Source: a virus | DNA length: 64,000 nucleotides | Reading direction: 5' to 3' (one strand) | IMG/VR virus record: IMGVR_UViG_3300033149_001989 | Span: 1 to 64,000 of that record | Shown here: piece after piece, positions 48,708-58,230 of the stretch | Layout: the number at the start of each line of letters is the position of its first letter | How positions within the stretch are numbered: position 1 is the stretch's first letter | Position numbers and translations under genes: made by a program | Notes under the pieces: generated by a model | Seen by the model: the letters and a program-made list of their open reading frames with translations, nothing else | Told to the model about the DNA's origin: nothing | The model's database searches: none

Positions 48708-49055
48708 ATGACCTGTAAGATATGCGGGGTGGGCTCCACGTCTATGTTATGTGGTGCTTGTGAGGCTAACAAAGACGAAATGGATAACTACTCTGGGCAG
48801 AACCATGATACTCTTATCAGCAGGATAATGAATATGCCAGACGATTTATTCTTCTATGGTTTAAAAAAGCATATTCTACTCAAGGACACAAATGGCACCC
48901 CTCTTGTTGATTATCTCTGCAAGGTAGATAATGGAACTATCTGGGAGAGGCTCAAGGGGTATCGTGGTAGTCGTGGCGTGTCATATCAATCTGACACCAA
49001 TTCTTGGGCAAATCCATATGATAGATATGATACTAACCCGATAAAATACTGGTAG
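48708..49055 (+). CDS. Hypothetical protein with N-terminal zinc ribbon
   Basis: CKIC...CGAC; AAAGGAG RBS. Confidence 0.7.
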   Translation: MTCKICGVGSTSMLCGACEANKDEMDNYSGQNHDTLISRIMNMPDDLFFYGLKKHILLKDTNGTPLVDYLCKVDNGTIWERLKGYRGSRGVSYQSDTNSWANPYDRYDTNPIKYW

Positions 49056-49064
49056 AGGTGAGTT

Positions 49065-49529
49065 ATGACCGAAGCCAAAGCAAAAGCGGAGAGAGTGGAT
49101 AATAGCATCCGCCAAGAACAAGATGAAGTCGCTGAACAGCGCCGTAGGGGTAATTTGGCTTGGAGAATAGCAAGGGAAATTGATACGCTATCCTTTGATA
49201 AGGATGGTATTATTTTTATCACTGATTGTAAATTCTCCGATAATGACATCTTCTACATAGACAGCAATGACATTGCCAAAGGGTTGGATACTGCAATATC
49301 AATTCAGAATTGTGTAGATAGGTATGGTGTCCCAGTACAGTTTAGAGTTGATATGCACTTTCGTCGCCACAGGTCACGTAATCGTAAGTATATCGTCATT
49401 ACTGAAGCAGATAGAGGCTATTCAATCAAAGTTACCAGAGCTAAAAGAATTAGCACACAAAGAGTAAGCAAAGCAACGGAAGCGTCAAAGTCAGAGAATA
49501 AATTAGAAAGGAGGCACCAAATGAAATGA
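49065..49529 (+). CDS. Hypothetical protein
   Basis: GAGGTG RBS; operon packing. Confidence 0.65.
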   Translation: MTEAKAKAERVDNSIRQEQDEVAEQRRRGNLAWRIAREIDTLSFDKDGIIFITDCKFSDNDIFYIDSNDIAKGLDTAISIQNCVDRYGVPVQFRVDMHFRRHRSRNRKYIVITEADRGYSIKVTRAKRISTQRVSKATEASKSENKLERRHQMK

Positions 49530-50203
49530 AGGCAAAAGTGATTTTGGAAGGGAAATCAATAAGCCCACCTCCAGGTACCCCTGTTGCTTCATCTCTAGAC
49601 AGCAGGTATGGTGGTGGCAGAAAAGGTAAAATTCTTGGTGTTCCAGTATGGCTTAAAGGAATTTCACCCACTTGCGAGAAGCTAAATTATGACCGTTCAC
49701 CATATTATGAAAGAGCGGCATATATTATTAGTGAAATGCTTGGTCTAAACCTTGTCCCGCCGACAATACTTTACTTACTAGAAGGCGAAGTAGTATCTGC
49801 TATGAAGTGGATGACTAGGGCAGAGGCTGCGTGGGATAGAGCAGAGGAAACCGACCCCCAGTGGAAACTGCGACTTGATGTATTTGATTATCTTATTGGT
49901 AACACTGACAGACATTGTGGCAACTGGTTAATCACGAAAACAGGTAGGGTGTGGGCGATTGATAATGCTTATGCTTTTAACTTTGCAAGTTATGATAATG
50001 GGCGTGGATATGGAGACGAATTTGACTTGAGAAAGGGAAGCAAATTGCCTACGAAGATTGTTCTAAAGATGCGGCAAACAGTGGAAAATCCAGATTACTT
50101 TCGTAGCCAACTGAATGGGTTGATAGATAAAGAAATAATAGAGGCTATCTTAAAAAGGATGGAGAAGATAGTAAAGAAAATAGAGAAAGGAGGTGCCGAG
50201 TGA
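49526..50203 (+). CDS. PI3/4-kinase-like / HipA-like protein kinase
   Basis: YERAAYIIS...GLNLVPPT, DYLIGNTDRHCGNWL catalytic loop, AIDNAYAF. Confidence 0.8.
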   Translation: MKAKVILEGKSISPPPGTPVASSLDSRYGGGRKGKILGVPVWLKGISPTCEKLNYDRSPYYERAAYIISEMLGLNLVPPTILYLLEGEVVSAMKWMTRAEAAWDRAEETDPQWKLRLDVFDYLIGNTDRHCGNWLITKTGRVWAIDNAYAFNFASYDNGRGYGDEFDLRKGSKLPTKIVLKMRQTVENPDYFRSQLNGLIDKEIIEAILKRMEKIVKKIEKGGAE

Positions 50204-50499
50204 AAACCTATAAAGCAGTCCTATTTAGCCCAGACGGAGATTGGGTGGTGGATTATGGAAATTGCGAAACAAAAGAACAAGTCATTGACAGGCTGGCAAA
50301 CCGAGGTTCAAGATGGTATTTCTTTCCGTTTGAGGGTATCATTTTGGATAAGGGCGGACTAACTACCGCAAATCAGCGATTGCTCGATGTGGCTCCAAAC
50401 TTACCAAGAGAGTTAGTTGGTAAGTCAATCAAGACAGTCAAGCGGTGGTTTGAGAGGCAGACTGATACTGACTTATACTATTATTTAACAGGTGGGTAA
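50200..50499 (+). CDS. Hypothetical protein
   Basis: AAAGGAGG RBS; GTGA overlap. Confidence 0.7.
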   Translation: MKTYKAVLFSPDGDWVVDYGNCETKEQVIDRLANRGSRWYFFPFEGIILDKGGLTTANQRLLDVAPNLPRELVGKSIKTVKRWFERQTDTDLYYYLTGG

Positions 50500-50905
50500 T
50501 GTTTATATTTGGCTACCAGATATAAATTGGAAGTTCTGGCGTAAAAAGAAATTAGTTCCCATAGTGGGATTGGTGCCACTGGAGAGTGGAAAAAGGGGAC
50601 TGAACGACGGAAACCAACATCTGGACAGCGACTCGTGGCAACTGAACAGAACTTGACAGAGAATAGGCTCTGTGGTAAGATGATAATAGGGAGAACAGAG
50701 AAGGAAAAGATGGTATTAAAGGTAATCCCAATAGACGAACTAGAAAAGGCGGCGGAGAATAGGAAAAGAATAGAGGAACAACGCCGAAAAGAACCTTACT
50801 ACTGGTGGGAATATCCTGATGTTGAGTATAAACAAGAAGCCAGTAATCCAAGAGGGTTAGCACAAACTCGTAAAGAATTAAAAGAGAGAAATGAAAGGAG
50901 TAAAA

Positions 50906-52267
50906 ATGGCAGAAATACGTAGATTAACTGTTGAAAGTTCTTATTGTAAGAACTGGACTGTTGTTGATGCCCTGCGGGAACTGATACAAAATGCTTTAGA
51001 TACGAAAACAAAAGTTACTTTTAATAATTGCGGCAGTAAATTGTGGGAGATTAGAGATAGAGGTCAGGGATTAAAGTTAACAGACTTTCTAATTGGTAGG
51101 AGTTCAAAACAGTCAAATGACGGAGTAATTGGGCAGTTTGGTGAGGGTGCTCCTATTGGATGCTTAGTTCTTGCTCGTAATAACCGTAAGGTAACGGTGC
51201 AGTCACTGGGCAAACAGTATTCATTCTCCCTCCAGTATGATAACCAGTGGGAAACTGACTTGCTGACTATCAGTATTGACACTTGTGATACTGGTAGAGG
51301 GACAGGCGTATTTGTAGAGTGTAGTGAAGAGGAGATAAATTCGGCGAAACATTTATTTATGAAATTAAACCCACCACTTGTATTGCACAAAGTGAGGGCT
51401 TCTACATTCAAAGCAGATATTCTGGACTGCCCCAAAATTATATATGTTAACGGATTAGTCGTAACGCAAGTTGACTCTATGTTTGGTTACAATTTCTATG
51501 ATAAGTCTCTTGTAAACAGGGATAGAGCGGCAATCGGTTATGATGCTGTTAGAGGGCAAGTCGAGGCTACATTAAGTAACTTAACTAATCAATATTTAAT
51601 TGAGAAATTACTCAAAAGTGCGGTGGGTAATTCTGATAGTTCTTTTATTGAATTTAATGTTAATTTTAACCCACGAAGAAACGTTTGGCTTAGAGTAATT
51701 AGAGAATGTTTTGGTGATAGAGTATGTTTGAGTAGCAATCCAAAGGATGATTTAAGAGCTACAGAAGATAACTGGTCTGTCCTTAAAGTACCACTTAATT
51801 TTTGCTTTTCACTTGATTTTATTCTACCGTATTCTACTAAGGTTGGTGGCAAAGATAAAAAAATAATACCACAAAAAGATTTATCAATATCAGAAAAAAC
51901 TCTTCTTGCTAGAGGCAAAGCAATTGCGGATGAGGTGGCGAAAGAAGTTGGTTTAGATACATTTCCTATTAAAATATTTGAGGATACTATCTCGCAAGAT
52001 ATAAAACGATTTGACTGGAGAGGATACTATCATAATGGCACAGTCGGGGTAGCGTGGGAGTTGCTAAAAACTGGCAGTATTAGCGATGTGGTTAAAACTA
52101 TCCTACACGAGTACATTCACGGTACAAATGGACACGAAGATAATTCTAGGGCATTTGAAAATGACCTGTGCGATGTTATTGCAACTTTAGCCCTAACTTG
52201 GATAGCAGAGAAAAACAATAAAGCCAGATGGAGTGGATTAAACTATGCGTTACGAGATATGTCATAA
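50906..52267 (+). CDS. GHKL (HATPase) ATPase with C-terminal HEXXH metallopeptidase-like domain
   Basis: ALRELIQNALD, IRDRGQG, IGQFGEG, GTGV; C-terminal ILHEYIH...GHED. Confidence 0.8.
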   Translation: MAEIRRLTVESSYCKNWTVVDALRELIQNALDTKTKVTFNNCGSKLWEIRDRGQGLKLTDFLIGRSSKQSNDGVIGQFGEGAPIGCLVLARNNRKVTVQSLGKQYSFSLQYDNQWETDLLTISIDTCDTGRGTGVFVECSEEEINSAKHLFMKLNPPLVLHKVRASTFKADILDCPKIIYVNGLVVTQVDSMFGYNFYDKSLVNRDRAAIGYDAVRGQVEATLSNLTNQYLIEKLLKSAVGNSDSSFIEFNVNFNPRRNVWLRVIRECFGDRVCLSSNPKDDLRATEDNWSVLKVPLNFCFSLDFILPYSTKVGGKDKKIIPQKDLSISEKTLLARGKAIADEVAKEVGLDTFPIKIFEDTISQDIKRFDWRGYYHNGTVGVAWELLKTGSISDVVKTILHEYIHGTNGHEDNSRAFENDLCDVIATLALTWIAEKNNKARWSGLNYALRDMS

Positions 52268-52541
52268 ACTAGCAATAGCATTTGTCGGGCTTAATGCTCT
52301 GGATGCGTTCCTGACATTAAAGATACTAGAACAGAACGGAACAGAACTAATGCCCCTTGCTAGAACAGTTATAGAACAACCATTGTTATTCTGGTCATTT
52401 AAAATAGGTGGCAGCACATTAGCGGCTTACCTTGTGCTTAGGCTGAACAATAGAAAATTTAGGTCTGCGAGTATTTTGGGGATACTGGTAATGGTTATGG
52501 TAGGTATTTGTATGTTTAACCTAGTAGGTATGCTAACTTGA
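52245..52541 (+). CDS. Small membrane protein (DUF5658-like)
   Basis: LNALDAFLT...ELMPL...FKI; three hydrophobic segments. Confidence 0.65.
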   Translation: MRYEICHKLAIAFVGLNALDAFLTLKILEQNGTELMPLARTVIEQPLLFWSFKIGGSTLAAYLVLRLNNRKFRSASILGILVMVMVGICMFNLVGMLT

Positions 52542-52566
52542 CATCATTCTTGGCATATAATAAAAT
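52538..52566 (+). promoter_or_regulatory. Sigma70 promoter
   Basis: TTGACA-17-TAAAAT. Confidence 0.6.
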
Positions 52567-52594
52567 AAAGACATTGAGAAAATGGGAGGAAACC

Positions 52595-53278
52595 GTGCTT
52601 AGTAACAGCGAAGTAGCTAACCAATTTGCACTTGGCAAAACACGTGGTAAAAGCAATCGTATGACGATTGAGGGTGATACTCTCTACTCTTACTCGGCAC
52701 CGATTGCGATTAGAGATGGTGAGAAATTTATTATCTCGAATAGAGCGTCATTTCTAGGGGGATGCCCCTATTCAATGACTACCTCTCATCATATATCTTG
52801 CGTTTACTATGCTTGTAAAGGAAAGGGCACGATAAGGCTGGTTGATGGTTGGGCAGAGCGTGGTAAACCTGAGTTTTATATTCCTCAATTACCTAGTTAC
52901 AAGACAGTCAGTGGGCTTATAAGAGGGTTTGTTACCCATCCATATTGGAATGGCACATGGACAGGAATATGGCACCCCGACACAGGAACTAAGGAAGTCC
53001 ATTGGCGAACAAAGAACGACCAACTTATCTCGCCAGAGGGTGATGTAGTAGCATTTCGTGAGTATATAAGACAGCCTTGTAATAAGGACTGTGATAATTG
53101 CCTTGCTCGGTTTCTTTGTCTGTCTAATAAAGAATTATTTAATGGGTATGTTGTAACAATTATAAAGGATAGCCCATACTTCGAAAAAGTAAATTATCAC
53201 ATTCAGAAAGCATACAAGTCTTATCGGTGTAAGTATCCCTCTAACGATTTGATGCTAGTTAGAAATACATATAAGTAA
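52595..53278 (+). CDS. Hypothetical protein carrying a CxxCxxRFxCxS motif
   Basis: GGGAGG RBS before GTG; N-terminal domain GDTLYSYSAPIA...YSMTTSHH; PCNKDCDNCLARFLCLS. Confidence 0.75.
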   Translation: MLSNSEVANQFALGKTRGKSNRMTIEGDTLYSYSAPIAIRDGEKFIISNRASFLGGCPYSMTTSHHISCVYYACKGKGTIRLVDGWAERGKPEFYIPQLPSYKTVSGLIRGFVTHPYWNGTWTGIWHPDTGTKEVHWRTKNDQLISPEGDVVAFREYIRQPCNKDCDNCLARFLCLSNKELFNGYVVTIIKDSPYFEKVNYHIQKAYKSYRCKYPSNDLMLVRNTYK

Positions 53279-53344
53279 GCAATCTGCGGGTCTGGCAGAG
53301 AATTGTAAATTCAGTATGAGGCTAAGCCTCAGAAGGAGAACAAA

Positions 53345-54127
53345 ATGGAAGATTATCTAGTAGAGGCAGAGGAACATCGGGGGCACAAGATTAAAATCTA
53401 TCAAGATATTGACCCACCTAATCCGAGAGAGTGGGAAGAAAATCTTGGCAAGATGGTATGTTTTCACAAGCGGTATAGTTTAGGTGATAAACACGACTTT
53501 CTCGATGCCAGAGACCTTATGGACTTCGTAGCAAGTGGGGATGTTGTATCCTTGCCCTTATTTTTGATTGACCATTCTGGACTGGCGATGAATACTGGTA
53601 GTTTCAGGCATTGTGACCCTCAAGGGTGGGATTGGGGGCAAGTTGGATTTATCTATGCCGACAAGGATGCTTTACGTAATGAGTATGGTGTCAAGCATAT
53701 TACAAAGAAAATCCGAGAAAAAGCCTTAACAGTTCTGCAAAACGAGGTTGAACGGTATGATAAGTTCCTGCGTGGCTGGGTTTATGGTTACTTGATTGAA
53801 GACGCCGATGGAGAGCAATTAGACTCCTGTTGGGGCTATTTTGATGAACCTTCTGATATAATCAAGGAATGTAAGTCAATAATAGACCACCACGTTGAGA
53901 AGAAGAATAAGCATTATCCTAAAGTAGAAGTGTTTGTAACTAAAGGAAACAAGTTCAGGGCACGTATTCGTGAAAGTATAACTGAACCTACTTATGAGGT
54001 AACAATTGGTGGTGAGGAGTGGCAGAAGGGTAAGGGGCGAAATCATTGGCAAAGAATAGAACTGTTGATGGATAAAATCCTGAAAGGGTTAGGTGAGGAA
54101 TACGGCAAAGCAATTAACAGAATTTAG
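53345..54127 (+). CDS. Conserved phage/plasmid-type hypothetical protein
   Basis: PPNPREW, HKRYSLGD, LIDHSG, WDWGQVGFIY, DSCWGYF; AAGGAG RBS. Confidence 0.75.
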   Translation: MEDYLVEAEEHRGHKIKIYQDIDPPNPREWEENLGKMVCFHKRYSLGDKHDFLDARDLMDFVASGDVVSLPLFLIDHSGLAMNTGSFRHCDPQGWDWGQVGFIYADKDALRNEYGVKHITKKIREKALTVLQNEVERYDKFLRGWVYGYLIEDADGEQLDSCWGYFDEPSDIIKECKSIIDHHVEKKNKHYPKVEVFVTKGNKFRARIRESITEPTYEVTIGGEEWQKGKGRNHWQRIELLMDKILKGLGEEYGKAINRI

Positions 54128-54148
54128 ATAAATCCTTTTGATATAAAG

Positions 54149-54559
54149 GTGAAGGAAGTGGTTACCCTTGACGAAGTTCTTGGCATATGCGATAATAAAG
54201 ATAATGAGGAAGCACTCAAAAAACTGTTGGAAGCCACGAGAGGGGGAGTAAATATGCGACACGCTAAAGCAAAGAAGTATGAGGTCGGCAGAAATAGACC
54301 GACAGAAAATCGGGCTAGTAATGCTATGCTTAATGAGAGCATTAACGAATGGGTAAATAAGGTGAGAGACGCTGGCAAGATGCAAGAGGGTGATGGGGTA
54401 CAGAGTATTGGGGATAGGGTTGCTGGTGTACTAGTAAATCTGATTGGAGAGATTAAAGCTGGCAGAATACAGAGAGAGGTAATATCAGGGGTTGTAGAAC
54501 GGTTGGGGTTACATAATTCATTGATTAAAGCCCAAGAAATCTTGGAGAGGAGAAAATAG
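54149..54559 (+). CDS. Hypothetical protein (start may be internal at 54253)
   Basis: Operon packing; internal GGGGGAG RBS. Confidence 0.5.
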   Translation: MKEVVTLDEVLGICDNKDNEEALKKLLEATRGGVNMRHAKAKKYEVGRNRPTENRASNAMLNESINEWVNKVRDAGKMQEGDGVQSIGDRVAGVLVNLIGEIKAGRIQREVISGVVERLGLHNSLIKAQEILERRK

Positions 54560-54940
54560 GAATGTCGCTGGCAAAGGGAGTTAAAGGTAAAAATAGAAAA
54601 TTACTCGTTTTCTTACATAGACAATCTAAATTTGAGGAAGCCTTTAATAGATACCTAAATGGCGAAGTTTCGGCTGAATATGTGGGGGAACGTGCAAAAA
54701 AACTAAAGAACATCAAGGGGAAATGAGAAAAAGAGGCAAAGTTAAAATGAAAGATATGCGGAGAATAAACGAAGTCTGGCAAGCGTGTAACCATTTGGGC
54801 GAATGGTTTACGTATGCACGTGTTGGAAGTAGCAAGAATGCTTTCATTACTACATTGGCTGTTGGTGCGATGGCAGACCGTTATCAACATTTAGTTGGAA
54901 AGAGGTATTCAAATGGCTGAAATGGTGTGGTGTAACTGAG

Positions 54941-55291
54941 ATGGCTAAAATAACTCAGGCGCAAATTGAACAACGAGAAGATTATCTTGCTAAGCAAGAG
55001 TATGGTATACCCTTTGAGGACTTGCCACCCGATATAAAACAGAAAGTGCATAATGCGGCACTTGATTATTTGGGGGTGCGTATGGTATTTAAGTTTAAGT
55101 GCTTGGATTGTGGTACTGTGTATGAAGAGGAAATAGACAGAGAATTGGCAACTATATACACGGAGATACAATCTGAGACTAACAAACATATAATCGAGAG
55201 TGTATGCCCATTCTGCTTGGATAAACGGAATGGAACAGAAATTGAACGAGAGGTAGACGAATGGGCGAGGAAGTCAGAAAGCGTTATATAG
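54941..55291 (+). CDS. Zinc-ribbon hypothetical protein
   Basis: CLDC...CPFC. Confidence 0.6.
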   Translation: MAKITQAQIEQREDYLAKQEYGIPFEDLPPDIKQKVHNAALDYLGVRMVFKFKCLDCGTVYEEEIDRELATIYTEIQSETNKHIIESVCPFCLDKRNGTEIEREVDEWARKSESVI

Positions 55292-55506
55292 AAGTTGATG
55301 GCAAGATATATTCCGCTTGGGTGTGTCCACGTTGTGTCGGTGGAACGATGGTGATATGTCAGGATAAAGCCAATAGTCGACCCTACTTTTGCTGTGTTGC
55401 TTGCGGTAAAAAAGTTAGAATTAGTGAAAAGTTTGAGAAAAAGAGAGAAGATGCCCCCAAATTTGTGCGTAAAACAGGTAAAAAGGGCAAAAATAAGGAT
55501 AAATAA
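55261..55506 (+). CDS. Zinc-ribbon hypothetical protein
   Basis: CPRC...CVAC; GAGGT RBS. Confidence 0.6.
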   Translation: MGEEVRKRYIEVDGKIYSAWVCPRCVGGTMVICQDKANSRPYFCCVACGKKVRISEKFEKKREDAPKFVRKTGKKGKNKDK

Positions 55507-55591
55507 ATGGTAATAAAATACAGTTTTTGGCAAATTACGCAAGCGTAAAGGTGCAATAAAATGTCATTTTGGCAATAAAATATGAGGACTG

Positions 55592-56506
55592 ATGATAACT
55601 TACCAAGATAAAAATCATTCACTATACGAAGGTTTGCCATTTATGGAAATTCGGGGGAATAGGATACCATTTCCCTGTTTTGCTGAGGTTAAACTCGATG
55701 GCGAATTTCAATACGTTATAAAAAATAAAGGTAAGGTATTCTTATTGAACAAAAGGGAGCACGGCAGAATACGAGAGGGTATGCCAATTACCAAGTTAGA
55801 TATTCCAGATAACACGATACTGTTAGGAGAATTAGTTTGGGGAGCAGGCAAATTCTTTTATGATTTTGCTAAACATAAATTGTCTCCAGATAACAATTTG
55901 GGAATATTTGGGTGCCTGCGGTGGGATGGTGAGGATATTTGGAAAACTAAAAATTATTTGGATGTTAGGAAATTTCTGGAAAGCCAGAAGTTTTATAATA
56001 GCAAAGTTGCTCTGACACCAAAAGCGATATGCCGAAACCAACAGGAACTAGATGGCTTTTTCAACAAAGTAGTTACTGCTGGTTATGAGGGGATTGTAAT
56101 TATAGACCCATATTCAAAGTTTGTAAATGGGGTAACAGTAAGACGAGCAAAGAAAAAGTTTGTTGCTGATAATGACTTTGTTATCATCGGCTTCCAAAAT
56201 GAAACGAAGCGAGCAAAAACACTTTCGGTTCTGGTGGGGCATAGAGTAAATGGTAAAGTTAAACGTTTATGCTATGTTGGTGGTGGGTTCACTTTAGAGC
56301 AAAAAAATACTTTATTAAGGGTTCTAAAGGATATGATTATCGCAAAGAATGGCGAAGAGTATTTAGTAGACCCCAAAATTATCATAACAGTAAAGCATTA
56401 TGGAATAATTAGGAATGATAAAGGTGAAGTTCACTCTTTACGCCATCCTCAATTCAAATGTTTTAGGTTAGATAAAGCAGTAAACCAGATAGATACAATT
56501 AGGTGA
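55592..56506 (+). CDS. ATP-dependent DNA ligase (minimal adenylation + OB domains)
   Basis: EVKLDGE (KxDG), LGEL, GYEGIV, YVGGGF, SLRHPQF...RLDK. Confidence 0.88.
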   Translation: MITYQDKNHSLYEGLPFMEIRGNRIPFPCFAEVKLDGEFQYVIKNKGKVFLLNKREHGRIREGMPITKLDIPDNTILLGELVWGAGKFFYDFAKHKLSPDNNLGIFGCLRWDGEDIWKTKNYLDVRKFLESQKFYNSKVALTPKAICRNQQELDGFFNKVVTAGYEGIVIIDPYSKFVNGVTVRRAKKKFVADNDFVIIGFQNETKRAKTLSVLVGHRVNGKVKRLCYVGGGFTLEQKNTLLRVLKDMIIAKNGEEYLVDPKIIITVKHYGIIRNDKGEVHSLRHPQFKCFRLDKAVNQIDTIR

Positions 56507-56534
56507 CATAAAATACAAACGTAGATGGCATTGG

Positions 56535-56810
56535 ATGAAACCAAGAGGCGACACAAATTGTAATGATTGTCCAAGACGTTTTGAGTGCTTTACTGGTAAA
56601 GGTGAAGCTTGCCCGACTATAAATGGTAGTGAGATAACCTATTGTTATCCTTGCTACAATAATGTTTGTATTGGGCTTAGTAAAGATGATACTAATGTAT
56701 TTTGGAAATATAGAATAACACCCGACCAAATGCTAAAGTTGGTACAACGAGCTAAGTTTCGCACTTACAAGAAATATAATAGAATTTATTTAGAGGTATT
56801 AGATGAGTAA
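56535..56810 (+). CDS. Small protein with CxxCxxRFxCxT motif
   Basis: CNDCPRRFECFT. Confidence 0.65.
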   Translation: MKPRGDTNCNDCPRRFECFTGKGEACPTINGSEITYCYPCYNNVCIGLSKDDTNVFWKYRITPDQMLKLVQRAKFRTYKKYNRIYLEVLDE

Positions 56811-57132
56811 AGGCAGTGTTGTAAATCCAAAAGATGTTGTCATCAAAGTTACTGAGATAGAAGATGAAAAAGGTAAGCCAATTGTAGTAGTACTTCCTGT
56901 TGCTGCTGGTGGCAGGAAAGAATTGTGGATAATGTCTGATGTTCGTTGTATGGATAAGGACACCGATGTTTGTAATAAATGCCGTCTGCGTTATCAATGT
57001 TATAGTGGTAATGTTCTCAAGATAGATTATCTTGATACATTTGACCCCAATGATTTAACTCCTTTGAGCAGGAAGATTGAAGCACATTTAAGACGGTACA
57101 AACCAGAGGTTGACAGTAAGCAGGGCAAGTGA
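56803..57132 (+). CDS. Small protein with CxxCxxRYxCxS motif
   Basis: CNKCRLRYQCYS; GAGGT RBS. Confidence 0.7.
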   Translation: MSKGSVVNPKDVVIKVTEIEDEKGKPIVVVLPVAAGGRKELWIMSDVRCMDKDTDVCNKCRLRYQCYSGNVLKIDYLDTFDPNDLTPLSRKIEAHLRRYKPEVDSKQGK

Positions 57133-57138
57133 TATAAT
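57110..57138 (+). promoter_or_regulatory. Sigma70 promoter
   Basis: TTGACA-17-TATAAT with TG extension. Confidence 0.85.
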
Positions 57139-57146
57139 TAGGTAGA

Positions 57147-57860
57147 ATGAAGTTTTATTGTAATCGCTGTAAATCTGCATTTACCACTTTCAGTAAAGAG
57201 GGTGGTGAAGCCAAGAGGAAAGAAAGGGAGTTTGCCTTTTCTCACGGAATTGAGAATAAAATGAGATGCCCAAAGTGTGGTGCATCTAATCCGCCCACAA
57301 GACTTGCTAACCCAAAGTATCAAAAACACTACCGCACAAGGTACCAACCGAAGCCAAGATATGCTACTGGTGAAGAAGATTATACTCCACCAACGATTAT
57401 CTTGCATCCAGATTGTCAAAAACGGATAATTAGTTCGGTGGGCAGTATTGGTGGTATGAAGGTTGTTTGTGAAGGATGCCCCCAAGTATTTAACTGCTGG
57501 ACTGGAAATGTTGATGATGGGTTGTGTAGCGAAATAAAGGCACCCGATGCGGACAAGGTAAAAGAAGCAACCAAAGCAATTGTTGAGCAAGATAAAATTT
57601 TGCTACAACTACAGAAGCAGCGAGCAGTATTTGGCAAAGTGAAATTCGGTTATGAAAGCAGAAACGGTTGCTGGTATTGTCGATTCGGGGGTACAGTTTG
57701 GAAGTTAGATACTAGTGACATTGAAGCGATAAAGAGTGGTAATTTTGGCACAAAAAAGACCACAATCATCAGGAATTCCCTGAAAAATAAGAAATTATCA
57801 CTAGCTGCGGTTACGTCACTACTGTTATTAGAGATGGAAGTGGCATCAAGTGGGCGTTGA
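57147..57860 (+). CDS. Zinc-ribbon protein with variant CxxCxxxFxCxT motif
   Basis: CNRC...CPKC; CEGCPQVFNCWT. Confidence 0.7.
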   Translation: MKFYCNRCKSAFTTFSKEGGEAKRKEREFAFSHGIENKMRCPKCGASNPPTRLANPKYQKHYRTRYQPKPRYATGEEDYTPPTIILHPDCQKRIISSVGSIGGMKVVCEGCPQVFNCWTGNVDDGLCSEIKAPDADKVKEATKAIVEQDKILLQLQKQRAVFGKVKFGYESRNGCWYCRFGGTVWKLDTSDIEAIKSGNFGTKKTTIIRNSLKNKKLSLAAVTSLLLLEMEVASSGR

Positions 57861-57886
57861 CATCTGCCCAAGGCTCGTGATATAAT
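57857..57886 (+). promoter_or_regulatory. Sigma70 promoter
   Basis: TTGACA-18-TATAAT with TG extension. Confidence 0.75.
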
Positions 57887-57897
57887 GTAAGTGTAAA

Positions 57898-58230
57898 ATG
57901 AAAACCAGAGAAAATGATTTTGAGCATTATGTAAAGTGTCATTGTGGCTGGGAAGGGTTCTCCGCATGGATGATACACGGTTATGAGGGGTATGGGCACG
58001 GTGAAGATTGTGATGTTGAACCGATGGATTACTGCCCAAAATGTCGCACACCAGAAATAATGGTTGAGGCAATAGTTGAATGTCACGGTGATTGTCTGAA
58101 TTGCTCAGATAGGTTTCTATGCTTGACTGTGTTCGACAAGTTGCCTGTCCTACGGAAACATTATGACGAAGACTCTCGTCAAAAAAGCAATACCAAATTC
58201 TATAAAGGAGAGGATAATGGCAAGAAGTAG
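57898..58230 (+). CDS. Cys-rich protein with CxxCxxRFxCxT motif
   Basis: CHC...CPKC and ECHGDCLNCSDRFLCLT. Confidence 0.7.
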   Translation: MKTRENDFEHYVKCHCGWEGFSAWMIHGYEGYGHGEDCDVEPMDYCPKCRTPEIMVEAIVECHGDCLNCSDRFLCLTVFDKLPVLRKHYDEDSRQKSNTKFYKGEDNGKK

